The position numbers were made by a program, and so were the translations under genes. The notes below the pieces were generated by a model that saw only the letters and a list, made by a program, of their open reading frames with translations, was not told the DNA's origin and did no database searches. 64,000 nucleotides of DNA, from the UHGV virus genome UHGV-1368191, one strand, 5' to 3'. Source of the stretch: a virus. Shown here one piece after another: positions 1 through 8,950 of this stretch. How positions within the stretch are numbered: the first letter of the stretch is position 1; each line of letters begins with the position of its first letter.

Positions 1-430
1 GCTATGTAGACATCAGCTATTGTAGCACTTGATGGAATAATTCCCCTATATCTATCATAAACCTCTTTTGCCTTGTTCATATCAAACTTCTCACCAAACA
101 TTTTTCTGCCATTGTGAGTGTGATACATATGGGCTACTATCTGCCTTGCAGATGACTCATCAAAATGACCTAATGTTGCTCCTTCATCTCCAGAAAGCAT
201 CATTCTGAATAACTTTTCTTTGTCAGAAGTATCAAGCTCATCCAATATATCTGCAAGTTGACCGTCACTATGCCTGTTTACATAATAGTCATCCTCATAC
301 TGAGGGTATCTTCCCATAGCATCCCTGGAATATCTTCCTCTGAGGGCACCTTTCATTCTTAAGGCAAACTCTGAGTCAGGTATGTCCCTACCCCTATTCC
401 TAAGATACTCCCTTAATAAATATTCATCCA
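1..430 (-). CDS. hypothetical protein, partial. The N-terminal 143 aa lie inside the window, with the start codon at 430-428, and the gene continues past base 1.
   Basis: Hand translation of the minus strand gives MDEYLLREYLRNRGRDIPDSEF... with no stop before the window edge. It is colinear with the downstream minus-strand genes. Confidence 0.4.
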
Positions 431-435
431 TAACC

Positions 436-816
436 CTATTCTTTAGAAGTTAATATACTTTTTAATTCGGTAAGGTCCTTTTCATTAAGGACTATATTCT
501 TGTCTATGAATGGTATTCCCATTTCTATCCTGCCTCCACCTATAATCAAGTCCCCAAGTACAGGAACATTCAATCTAAAAGGCTGGGTATTCATTAATGA
601 AGCAGTCATTTCACTGACTATTGCTTCTGCATCTATATTACCATTCTCATCTGCAATGAGGTCCAACATTCCTGTTATACCTCCTACTTTCTTCTTCAAT
701 ACCCTAGAAGCTATTGGCCTGAAGAAACTTACTACAGGATTGGTTCTAGACATAGTTTCAAGTTGAGTGTCTATGAATTGCTGTAAACCTTCTATAAGTT
801 GTATTTTATTCATCAT
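436..816 (-). CDS. hypothetical protein (126 aa)
   Basis: ORF-track ORF in the minus-strand operon. Its stop overlaps the start of the next gene (813-816). Confidence 0.5.
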   Translation of the reverse strand: MMNKIQLIEGLQQFIDTQLETMSRTNPVVSFFRPIASRVLKKKVGGITGMLDLIADENGNIDAEAIVSEMTASLMNTQPFRLNVPVLGDLIIGGGRIEMGIPFIDKNIVLNEKDLTELKSILTSKE

Positions 817-1280
817 AAGTTAGCTTTTATAAAGTCCTCATAAGTTACATCAGGGTGTTGTTTACTGTACTCCTTAAATCTGTTGAATAGTTCCATTTCC
901 CTGTTAGTATCATTTATAATTTTAGTCTTGAGCTTCCTTACTAATCTCAACTGTTTGGATAATAGTTCCTTACCCCTTTCAGTTCCTTCAATCCTACCTT
1001 TTACAAGATTGAGGATTTCATTTTGCACAGCTATTTGAATTTCAGTATATACTTCTGCATACTCTTGATCCTGAAGTAGTCTTTCTTTCTGTTCATCACT
1101 CATAGGAGCAATCTCAGCATCTATCTCATCCCATATCAGCTTTTGAGGCTGTTGATTCTGCATTTGCATCTGCTTTAACTTCTGTTTATAGACCTCCATT
1201 CTTCTTATCTGTGCATCAAGGTCATCCAAATTTCCCATCATTGGGTCTCCACCTAGAAATACTTGATTAACTGGATACAT
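813..1280 (-). CDS. hypothetical coiled-coil protein (155 aa)
   Basis: ORF-track ORF with a charged, Q/K-rich sequence. It overlaps the neighbouring gene in an ATGA arrangement. Confidence 0.5.
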   Translation of the reverse strand: MYPVNQVFLGGDPMMGNLDDLDAQIRRMEVYKQKLKQMQMQNQQPQKLIWDEIDAEIAPMSDEQKERLLQDQEYAEVYTEIQIAVQNEILNLVKGRIEGTERGKELLSKQLRLVRKLKTKIINDTNREMELFNRFKEYSKQHPDVTYEDFIKANL

Positions 1281-1326
1281 AATAGATTCAATTTTTAAGG
1301 GGGAGAATGAAAGTTCTCCCCTTATT

Positions 1327-2217
1327 TTAGATTATTCTTCCACCATAGCAAGAACCACAGCAACCACAAAGTGGGTTATATGTAGTCTCAGTATGAGTAG
1401 TTGTACCTACTGTAGGTTCAGCTATAGTCTGAGGTACAAATGTAGAGTTCACATAGTTGACAATCTTATTGTCAGCACAGCATCTTCTTTCAGCTTCAAG
1501 GTTAACAGCTGCACAAGCATTAGCTGCCACTCCATTGATTCTCATATCAAGAACCTTAGCTCTCCATGGTTCAACAGCATCAGCAACAGCCTGCTTAGTC
1601 TCAAGGGCACTTATTCTCTGTGATAGGGTATCAAAGTTATCCCTTTGTCCCTTATAAAGATCAAAGAAAGCCTGATTCTGCTTTGCATTCATCACATCAA
1701 AGCTGTCTCTTGTAGACTTATAAAGACCAAAGTCGGCTTCTACTTGTGACCTGTATAGACTATGGTCTGCATCTATTTGTGACTTCCATAACTGGAATTT
1801 CTCATTTACATCAACTTCCCTTGCAGCTCTGGCATTGTTCATAGTGCCTACCTTAAGACCCCACATTTCATTAGTAAGAGCCAAAGCATCACTACATTCC
1901 TTTTCCCATGCTTGGAAGGCTGTAGGGGCTGTTCCATTAGCACCACTCATAGTAGTATTAATGTTAACATTCTCAGGTACATTATTACCAAATAAACCAA
2001 ATCCTCTACCTCTATTTAGTGCTAACAGACCTAGTGCAGTACCTGCGATTCCTAAGCCCAAAGCAGTCCCTCCTACTCCCTTAGAAGCAAAAGGAGTGCC
2101 ATAAGCACCATACCTTCCATATCTGCCATAGCCATAACCATCACAGCAGTATTTGTCACAGTAATACCCAGCAGGAACTTCCTTTACTGTCTCTTTCTCC
2201 TTTTCAATAACTTCCAT
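1327..2217 (-). CDS. Gly/Tyr/Cys-rich protein (296 aa), possibly a structural or virion-surface protein
   Basis: N-terminal CDKYCCDGYGYGRYGRYGAYG and C-terminal CGCCGSCYGGRII. Three internal D..LY(R/K)(S/G) repeats (DHSLYRSQ, DFGLYKST, FFDLYKGQ). Confidence 0.55.
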   Translation of the reverse strand: MEVIEKEKETVKEVPAGYYCDKYCCDGYGYGRYGRYGAYGTPFASKGVGGTALGLGIAGTALGLLALNRGRGFGLFGNNVPENVNINTTMSGANGTAPTAFQAWEKECSDALALTNEMWGLKVGTMNNARAAREVDVNEKFQLWKSQIDADHSLYRSQVEADFGLYKSTRDSFDVMNAKQNQAFFDLYKGQRDNFDTLSQRISALETKQAVADAVEPWRAKVLDMRINGVAANACAAVNLEAERRCCADNKIVNYVNSTFVPQTIAEPTVGTTTHTETTYNPLCGCCGSCYGGRII

Positions 2218-2324
2218 AGTTTTTGAAATTAATCATCATACTTTACATTAACATTCTCTTGTAAGCAGCTTACATATGCAAAGGTATGTAATTAATTCCA
2301 ATAAAGGCAACAATACTAATCTAT

Positions 2325-2360
2325 AGAAAACAAAAATGCCTAAGAGATTGACTCTTAGGC
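2325..2360 (-). terminator. rho-independent terminator (minus strand)
   Basis: Perfect 9-bp inverted repeat gcctaagag/ctcttaggc at 2338-2360 with a 5-nt loop. On the minus strand it is followed by TTTTTGTTTT (plus-strand A-run 2327-2337). It lies just downstream of the stop of gene 2390-2743. Confidence 0.6.
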
Positions 2361-2389
2361 ACTTATAAAATTTGGAAATTAGTAATGTT

Positions 2390-2743
2390 TTATCTATGTT
2401 TAACGCCAATACTGTCAAGGTGCTTATAATAGACATCTACTATCTTGTTGTAGATATAGGTAATAACATAGGCATCAACTTCATCATTGTCAGCTTGAGG
2501 TCTATAACCAATATAGTTCCATATATGATTCTTTACGTGTACAGCTTCATGTACTATACTACTACCATGTTTTGCATCTATCATTACCATAGAAGCTCCA
2601 TATTGGCTAAGGGTGATAGCTTTTGCTGGAACCTTAAACTCTTCTTCAGGAAGATAAGGCTCCAGTTCTCTCCAATCATCAAATATGATAATTGTCAACT
2701 TATATTCAAATATAGGCACTACTAATTTCTTTTTGGTAATCAT
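2390..2743 (-). CDS. hypothetical protein (117 aa)
   Basis: Minus ORF colinear with the surrounding operon. The same-size plus ORF at 2372-2725 was judged the antisense artifact. Confidence 0.45.
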   Translation of the reverse strand: MITKKKLVVPIFEYKLTIIIFDDWRELEPYLPEEEFKVPAKAITLSQYGASMVMIDAKHGSSIVHEAVHVKNHIWNYIGYRPQADNDEVDAYVITYIYNKIVDVYYKHLDSIGVKHR

Positions 2744-2768
2744 ATTTTATTCCTCACTAGTCCATTCT

Positions 2769-3329
2769 TTACCCTGATACAGGCATTTTTTGAGAAATAG
2801 AAATTATATTATTATTAATTGTATCTTGTTTATCATTAACAACACCTATACCATTATTAATAGCTTGAGTTGTACTTTGAACATGAGTATCAATATTATC
2901 CAACCTAGTATTAATATCTCCTGCTGCATTGTTCAACGCTTGTGTATTAGATTGAATATGTGTGTCAATACTATCAAGTTTAGTATTGGATAAATCAACA
3001 GCTTCCTTAACTTCCCCAATACTTGCTTTAACACCATCAGTATTTTGATTCATAGTAGTGCCTAACTCAGATATAGTAGTTTTTACTTCATCAAGTTTAG
3101 CTTCTACAGTATCAGTATTAAGATTAATAGTATCAGCAGTGATACTTATCTCTGTCTGATTTGATATTATAGTATCAAGCTTCTCCCCTAAGGAAGTTAG
3201 AACCTCTTTTATGCTATTAGACTGAGCTTCCATTAGACTTTTTAGAGTCTTAATAGTTCTAATTAGCTCAGAATTTACTCCTCTTATATATGATTCATTC
3301 ATACTATTTATTCCTATGATCTTTAACAA
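2769..3329 (-). CDS. repeat-containing coiled-coil protein (186 aa), possibly fiber- or baseplate-associated
   Basis: Internal duplication LDSIDTHIQSNTQALNNAAGDINTRLDNIDTHVQSTTQAINNG, and NTDTVEAKLDEVKTT / NTDGVKASIGEVKEA. Confidence 0.5.
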   Translation of the reverse strand: MLKIIGINSMNESYIRGVNSELIRTIKTLKSLMEAQSNSIKEVLTSLGEKLDTIISNQTEISITADTINLNTDTVEAKLDEVKTTISELGTTMNQNTDGVKASIGEVKEAVDLSNTKLDSIDTHIQSNTQALNNAAGDINTRLDNIDTHVQSTTQAINNGIGVVNDKQDTINNNIISISQKMPVSG

Positions 3330-3603
3330 ACTTATCTAAGTCTCTTCTCTTCCATGATAATTCCTTGAAACCTGGTTCTTTAGCACCTCTAGGAAGTTTA
3401 CCTTCCCTGACATAATTATCAAAGGTAGCCATGCTTATATTTAGATAGCGACAGGCTTCATATTTACTTAGCCTCTTCCCCTTATCAGTAAATCTCTTCA
3501 AACTATCTACTATTTCTATAGCTTCTCCCTCAGATATATTTGAATTGCCTGCATCAATATCATCTACTATCTTCAGTAACAAGCTTCTTATGACTCCTAA
3601 CAT
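3304..3603 (-). CDS. small HTH DNA-binding protein (excisionase/AlpA-like HTH_17 pattern)
   Basis: LSKYEACRYLNISMATFDNYVREGKLP matches the Xis/AlpA-type helix-turn-helix pattern. 99 aa. Confidence 0.45.
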   Translation of the reverse strand: MLGVIRSLLLKIVDDIDAGNSNISEGEAIEIVDSLKRFTDKGKRLSKYEACRYLNISMATFDNYVREGKLPRGAKEPGFKELSWKRRDLDKFVKDHRNK

Positions 3604-3961
3604 ATAAATAAAGTATTAAAAACAATGAAATACCTGCAATACTCATAATAAGTACAAATAAGTCTCTATCAGATATATCTATTCCTATATACCAATCATA
3701 TATGTTGATGATGTCATTAATAGCTATATAATGCAGGAATATTCTATGATATTCACAGAACCTGAATACATAGGAAGAAATATACATGAATACCAATGGT
3801 ATTAAAGACATTCCTGCTATACTTGCAAGTATAGGTAAATCAATACCTAAATAAGAGGATACTGTATTTACTAAATATGCCAAAGCAATAATCATAGGCA
3901 TTATCTTTAGTAAATACAGCTCCACTTTATAAAGACTCTTACCTTTTAAGGCTGCCTCCAC
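3560..3961 (-). CDS. integral membrane protein with about four TM helices (133 aa)
   Basis: Four hydrophobic segments (MPMIIALAYLVNTV, ILASIAGMSLIPLVFMYI, VLIMSIAGISLFLILYLYV and others). Confidence 0.5.
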   Translation of the reverse strand: MEAALKGKSLYKVELYLLKIMPMIIALAYLVNTVSSYLGIDLPILASIAGMSLIPLVFMYISSYVFRFCEYHRIFLHYIAINDIINIYDWYIGIDISDRDLFVLIMSIAGISLFLILYLYVRSHKKLVTEDSR

Positions 3962-4129
3962 AACTATATCTTCTTCTATTTTTTGTAATACCAGCTTTTG
4001 GTGACATTGGTTTTGGTCTTCTCTTTCCTCTTGCCATAATTTTACACTTTTAGTTATTTACCTTTCTTACCCTTACCTTTTCCTTTACAACCACATTTCT
4101 TTGTCATAGTTAGTTAATATTAAAATAGA

Positions 4130-4711
4130 TTATACATCTTCATATGTTACCTCTTTCCATATATCATTTTCCCTATCATATACAGCTCCGACACTTCTTC
4201 CTGGGGTTGCCCCTATACAATAATCGGTTTCCTGTAAGTAATTAATAGGATAATCTTTAGGAGCTATAGCAATAAAAGGACCATCTGAAGCAGGAAGTCC
4301 CCTACAGATATTCTTTAATTCTCTTTTAGTATCTTCTATAGTCTCACTAGGGGTAAAAGACTGAGAGTAAGTCGTAGGTATAATTGGGAGTTCACCATTA
4401 TGAACCACTAATCCACTCCTAACTGTACCCTTAATAAATTGTTCATAGTCATCTAAAGTTTTACAAACAGCTGCATACTGTGCTCCATAATTAAATGCAT
4501 TAGGCTGTATATAGAGCCAATTATCTTCTAGAGTAATAGGAGCTGAGCTTAATACAGTTCCTTTATTATCCACAAGCATATAGCTTTGTTTACCCTCAGT
4601 TACAACAGGTTTGAGAAGTATCTCATTTTCAGTGACCATATTAGGGTCTCCCTCAACAAGTCTTTTTCCTTCTATTAGGAAAACTCTTCTTTTGTTTCCA
4701 CTTCCTTCCAT
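4130..4711 (-). CDS. hypothetical protein (193 aa)
   Basis: ORF-track ORF. Its start overlaps the stop of the GT2 gene. Confidence 0.5.
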   Translation of the reverse strand: MEGSGNKRRVFLIEGKRLVEGDPNMVTENEILLKPVVTEGKQSYMLVDNKGTVLSSAPITLEDNWLYIQPNAFNYGAQYAAVCKTLDDYEQFIKGTVRSGLVVHNGELPIIPTTYSQSFTPSETIEDTKRELKNICRGLPASDGPFIAIAPKDYPINYLQETDYCIGATPGRSVGAVYDRENDIWKEVTYEDV

Positions 4712-5568
4712 AATATTTCATGAATTATTTTTGTTATAAATAACTCTATCTCTTTTATTTCTTTTTTATATTTAGATAAATTCATTCCTGAGAATTTACA
4801 CTTATAAAAGGTTTCTATTACATGCTCAGGGGAAATGATTTTATTATCTATTCCCTCTTGGAATTTCCAAAGGTCCTTAAGCATCTTCATCCTATAAATC
4901 TCCTTTTCAGCAGTAGGAGTTACATGACAAAGACTATCAGGATTCTGGTAGTAATGGTAACCTACATAGGGAATTAATTTTCTTCCGTTAGCATAAGACA
5001 GTAACTTGATGAAAGTAGGACTATCTTCGAGAAATCTCCATTTACAATATTCCACTTTATTCCATAAAGTACTTCTTATCAAGGATAGATTGAGAAATCT
5101 ATAAGAAATATTACTTCCCATCGCAAATACTTGATTCTTCTTTAAGTAGCACTCTACAACAGGCAAGAAGTCACTTATAATCTCATCATCCTTCTCTATT
5201 TCAACTACCATTCCTCCAGATGTTATATCAGCATTAGATTCAATAGCTGCCTTAACAAGTTCCTCTATCCAGTTATTATCTATCCAATCATCAGAATCAA
5301 CAAATAATGTATAGTCACCAGTTATGGCTTTTATTCCATTAAATCTACTACATCCTGCCCCTAAATTCCTATCATGATATATAACCTTTATTCTAGGATC
5401 TGTTATAGACTTAATCTTCTCTACAGTTCCATCAGTGCTACAATCTTCTACTATAATAAGCTCTATATTCTTATATGTAGAGTTCAAGACACTCAATATA
5501 GCCCTTTCAATATAATTCTCTACATTATAAGCTGTCATTACTATAGATACTTTAATCTCTTCTCCCAT
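4675..5568 (-). CDS. family-2 glycosyltransferase (GT2, soluble type)
   Basis: N-terminal VSIVMTAYNVENYIERAILSVLNSTYKNIELIIVEDCSTDGT and DSDD motif, which is the classic GT-A/GT2 signature. No C-terminal TM helices. Confidence 0.8.
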   Translation of the reverse strand: MGEEIKVSIVMTAYNVENYIERAILSVLNSTYKNIELIIVEDCSTDGTVEKIKSITDPRIKVIYHDRNLGAGCSRFNGIKAITGDYTLFVDSDDWIDNNWIEELVKAAIESNADITSGGMVVEIEKDDEIISDFLPVVECYLKKNQVFAMGSNISYRFLNLSLIRSTLWNKVEYCKWRFLEDSPTFIKLLSYANGRKLIPYVGYHYYQNPDSLCHVTPTAEKEIYRMKMLKDLWKFQEGIDNKIISPEHVIETFYKCKFSGMNLSKYKKEIKEIELFITKIIHEILWKEVETKEEFS

Positions 5569-5579
5569 AAAAGTCTATT

Positions 5580-5855
5580 CTAGTCTAAAGTTCTAGACAT
5601 CAGTTTTGCCACTTGTTCCCTTAGCTCACTGACCTCTTTCTCCAATTCAGCGTTTCTTGAGGTTAAGTCATCCAGTCTTCTCTTGTTATCATCAGATAAT
5701 TTCTTATAGAACTCTAATGATTCCTCCATATTACTGATGACACTTTTATCAACTTCAGCACTATATTTCTTCCTAGTGAAGAACCAAGACACCCAAGCAG
5801 AAGTAAAAGAGGTGACTACTCCTATAATAGCCGTGATTATTATTCCAGAGTTCAT
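5580..5855 (-). CDS. type-II membrane protein with an N-terminal TM helix followed by a coiled coil (i-spanin-like architecture)
   Basis: MNSGIIITAIIGVVTSFTSAWVSWFF TM segment, then a charged heptad-like region RNAELEKEVSELREQVAKL. ATGA overlap with the upstream gene. Confidence 0.4.
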   Translation of the reverse strand: MNSGIIITAIIGVVTSFTSAWVSWFFTRKKYSAEVDKSVISNMEESLEFYKKLSDDNKRRLDDLTSRNAELEKEVSELREQVAKLMSRTLD

Positions 5856-6238
5856 TTCTTTAAGATTTTAGTTATTAAGTAACCCAGTAGTCCTAATATC
5901 CCTACAATAAGTCCTCCTCCACATACCATTAAAACTTGTTGCCAACTCTTCAACCTATTTACTTCTTTGGTAACTTCTACTTTTTGGATCTTAGTTATAG
6001 TGTCTACCTTATTTACTGTATCCCTGTATTCCTTTATCCTATAGAGGATTTTATACTTATCTTGGAAAACAGTATCTCCTCTTTGTATTATTCTAATACT
6101 GTCTTTTTGGATAAAGGTGTCTACTTTAGTTCTGTCTATATACTCGGTTTTTACTGTTTCCACTGGGACTTCAATGTACTTTGTAGAAGCACAAGAACCT
6201 AATATAAACAGAAGAAGTACTATTAATATCTTTCTCAT
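5852..6238 (-). CDS. lipoprotein with a C-terminal TM anchor (128 aa)
   Basis: Signal peptide plus lipobox MRKILIVLLLFILGSC, and C-terminal GGGLIVGILGLLGYLITKIL. Confidence 0.5.
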   Translation of the reverse strand: MRKILIVLLLFILGSCASTKYIEVPVETVKTEYIDRTKVDTFIQKDSIRIIQRGDTVFQDKYKILYRIKEYRDTVNKVDTITKIQKVEVTKEVNRLKSWQQVLMVCGGGLIVGILGLLGYLITKILKK

Positions 6239-6333
6239 TCGGCAAATATATTAAAAATAAATCACCTATACAAGAGTATAAGTGATTTATTTATAGTCAG
6301 TAAGCATTATGAAGTTATCACTGGTTTAAAATA

Positions 6334-7575
6334 TCATGCACTTCCTACCTTACTTTTAAGTTCAATGATTTCCCTTTCAAGAGCTTCTATCTTAAGGATT
6401 AACAAGGAGATATAATCCACTGACTTAACCCCCTTAGCATCAGTATTGACAAGTTCCTCAAGACCTTGCTTTTCAACTTCTTGGGCTATAACACCATACT
6501 TAGTTGTCTTACTCTTGTCATCCTTAAAGTTGAAACTTAGTAATGATATATTACCTACTTTCTTAATAGTATCCTCATCAATGATATTTATGTTCTCCTT
6601 AAGAGCTACATCAGAGGCCTCATAGAATGCTGGAGCTGTAATTTTCTGATTGAATATAGTTCCATTAGTGTTAGAGTTTATCTGCAAGCCAGTAGAACTA
6701 TATGTTATAGTAGCTCCACCTCCCTGTAAGCTTATAGAATTACCAGTTATCTGAATCTTATCACCAGCATTCTCTCCACCAAGAGTTAATCCACTTGGAG
6801 TAAAAGACCCAGTTGTAGAACCACCTGCACTACTTTTAAATGTAATACCTCCAGTACCAATCATAGTCAAGGCACCAGTCATTGTATCACCAGCTTTCTT
6901 AACATATCTACCATCAGCTGTACTTTGGGATATACCACTCTCTGGTAATGTCACTGTGTCAGAAATATCCGCTAATCCATTTCTCTTAATAGTAACTGTC
7001 AGATTACTTCCTGAAAGTGATAAATCCACTGACTCTGGATAGTTATTTCCATCAGAGCCACTAGTGGAAATAGTACCCTTGGTAAGAGTAAGAACCCCAC
7101 CACTGAAAGTAGCATTGGTTATAGCATTGAAGCTACCTGGATTGTTAATTGATACATTAGTGACTAAGTTAGCTGGTTTACCCTCTACATCATCCCAATT
7201 AATAGTAGTTTGTCCTGGAGTTATATTACCTTTTGTGAAGGATAAAGTATGATTACTGAAGGTAACTCCAGTTATTACATTTCCCTCTCCTTGAGGTAAA
7301 TTAACAGTTGTTACTAATCCTGAAGGAATACCTGAAGTTATATCAGTCCATGCATGATTATGGGCAGAAGGAGTAAAAGTACTAGGTTTATCTTGAATAT
7401 CTCCCCAATTTACCTCACCATCTTGTAACCATGTAGGTTTATTGGTAATATTGTCCCAATTGATACTAAGACCACTAGTCTGTTCCCCCACATAGCCCTT
7501 TATCTTATTCCACAGTATAGATACACCGTTGCTATCTAGAAATCGCATATTAAATATGACTAATATTATACACAA
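6334..7575 (-). CDS. tail fiber/spike protein with a C-terminal peptidase S74 intramolecular chaperone domain
   Basis: C-terminus KYGVIAQEVEKQGLEELVNTDAKGVKSVDYISLLILKIEALEREIIELK matches the auto-cleaving chaperone domain of endosialidase-type fibers. Ser/Thr/Gly/Asn-rich beta-rich body. Confidence 0.7.
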   Translation of the reverse strand: MCIILVIFNMRFLDSNGVSILWNKIKGYVGEQTSGLSINWDNITNKPTWLQDGEVNWGDIQDKPSTFTPSAHNHAWTDITSGIPSGLVTTVNLPQGEGNVITGVTFSNHTLSFTKGNITPGQTTINWDDVEGKPANLVTNVSINNPGSFNAITNATFSGGVLTLTKGTISTSGSDGNNYPESVDLSLSGSNLTVTIKRNGLADISDTVTLPESGISQSTADGRYVKKAGDTMTGALTMIGTGGITFKSSAGGSTTGSFTPSGLTLGGENAGDKIQITGNSISLQGGGATITYSSTGLQINSNTNGTIFNQKITAPAFYEASDVALKENINIIDEDTIKKVGNISLLSFNFKDDKSKTTKYGVIAQEVEKQGLEELVNTDAKGVKSVDYISLLILKIEALEREIIELKSKVGSA

Positions 7576-8528
7576 ATTAAGTCTATATCAGTACTAGTAA
7601 GAGGAGTAGCCACAGTACCATCAGCCGCCAAAAGTTGCTCTCCAGTTCCTCCTGATATAATATATCCCCCACCAGAAGTTACTTTTTGAGTACTTGGGTT
7701 ATAAGTAAGTCCTCTCATCTTATTTACGGAGTTAGTCTCAGATGCTGTATTATTGACTGTAAATCCTCCTAGTAAATTATAAGAACCATTAGTTGTGTTT
7801 ACAGCATTCTGTAATACTTTATGGTCATTTACCTGAGCACCTTCAGCTATTCCATTCAGCTTATTATACATGCCAGCTGACATCAGTCCTGCCTGTGCTG
7901 TATTAGCTGCCTCAAGGTTAAAATTAGCAGTACCTGGAGAACCATAATTAAGCCCTGATTTAGTAGCTCTATTAACATTAATAGTGATACTATCAGCATC
8001 AATGGTACCTCTAGAAACTGAGGAAACCATGGTTGCTGGAAGACTGTTCAGAGCATCTCTGTTAGCCTTTCCTTTGTCCCCAGGATAAGCTGTAGAACTA
8101 GTTTCTCCAAGAGCTAATGACTTGCTTATCTCTATATAAGTTGAACCTGACCATCTATATGCCAAATTAGTATCCAGAGCTACATAAATCTTACCTGTTT
8201 CTCCTGTTCCAGGGAAACCTGATTTATTGGGGAATTCGAGCACATCATCCACATAAGAAGGTAATTGGGAAGAGGGAACAAGTCCATTCCCATCTAGGGT
8301 AGCTACACCATTAGCAACTCCCATTTCACTTCTTTTTACCTGAGCATCATTGGTAAGATTAGACAATCCTACATCTGATTTAGTCAGTACTGGATTAGTG
8401 TGTATCTCATATCCATTTACAGTGTAGCTACCTACTAAATCTATAGCCTGGTTTACTTTAGTATCCACATAGGATTTTGATTTAGACCACAGATAAGCCA
8501 GACCTACATCATTTAAAAATCTAGTCAT
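7566..8528 (-). CDS. tail fiber protein (320 aa) sharing an approximately 85-aa module with the 619-aa fiber
   Basis: LPSYVDDVLEFPNKSGFPGTGETGKIYVALDTNLAYRWSGSTYIEISKSLALGETSSTAYPGDKGK is about 70% identical to a segment of ORF 8951-10810. Confidence 0.6.
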   Translation of the reverse strand: MTRFLNDVGLAYLWSKSKSYVDTKVNQAIDLVGSYTVNGYEIHTNPVLTKSDVGLSNLTNDAQVKRSEMGVANGVATLDGNGLVPSSQLPSYVDDVLEFPNKSGFPGTGETGKIYVALDTNLAYRWSGSTYIEISKSLALGETSSTAYPGDKGKANRDALNSLPATMVSSVSRGTIDADSITINVNRATKSGLNYGSPGTANFNLEAANTAQAGLMSAGMYNKLNGIAEGAQVNDHKVLQNAVNTTNGSYNLLGGFTVNNTASETNSVNKMRGLTYNPSTQKVTSGGGYIISGGTGEQLLAADGTVATPLTSTDIDLICV

Positions 8529-8541
8529 TATTTTTAAGTTA

Positions 8542-8925
8542 CTAAGTTAAAATATCATTTAATTTATCTTCAGAAATAGGCTCACAGTTGCACCCTTCAG
8601 GTTCTGGCTCTGGTTCTGGTTCAGGAGTTGGATACTCAGGGTAATCAGGATAATCAGGATTCTGTGACCATTCCTTATCAGGAATACCAACCAGTCCAGC
8701 AAATAAATCATCTATAAATTTCTTGGAGATAACAGGTATATTATCTACCAAGAAATTCAAGACAGCACATAAGGGAATTCTCTTGTTTACAGCATCTTGC
8801 AGAAAAACCAGTTCATCAGATAGCTTCATGTTATCAGTGATAGGGAACTGTGAGTCTTTTATTCCCCTATCATTTTTAAGAAGCCAGTCCCTTATCTTTT
8901 TATAGTCAGTTTCAGTAAAGAACAT
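8542..8925 (-). CDS. hypothetical protein with a PEPEPEPEPE low-complexity tract (127 aa)
   Basis: ORF track. DYPDYPEYPTPEPEPEPEPEGCNCEP. Confidence 0.45.
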   Translation of the reverse strand: MFFTETDYKKIRDWLLKNDRGIKDSQFPITDNMKLSDELVFLQDAVNKRIPLCAVLNFLVDNIPVISKKFIDDLFAGLVGIPDKEWSQNPDYPDYPEYPTPEPEPEPEPEGCNCEPISEDKLNDILT

Positions 8926-8950
8926 AATATTATCTTTTATGTAATCTTAA

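Noticed and set aside
500-2104. Plus-strand ORFs 500-766, 1393-1623, 1457-1657 and 1835-2104 overlapping minus-strand genes
   Set aside because: They lie antisense to longer, operon-consistent minus ORFs. Their composition is odd and they have no independent support.
8575-8625. PEPEPEPE tract and the SSKGNE tandem at 36780-36830 as possible repeat elements
   Set aside because: These are short in-frame low-complexity coding repeats, not DNA-level repeat elements or CRISPR.
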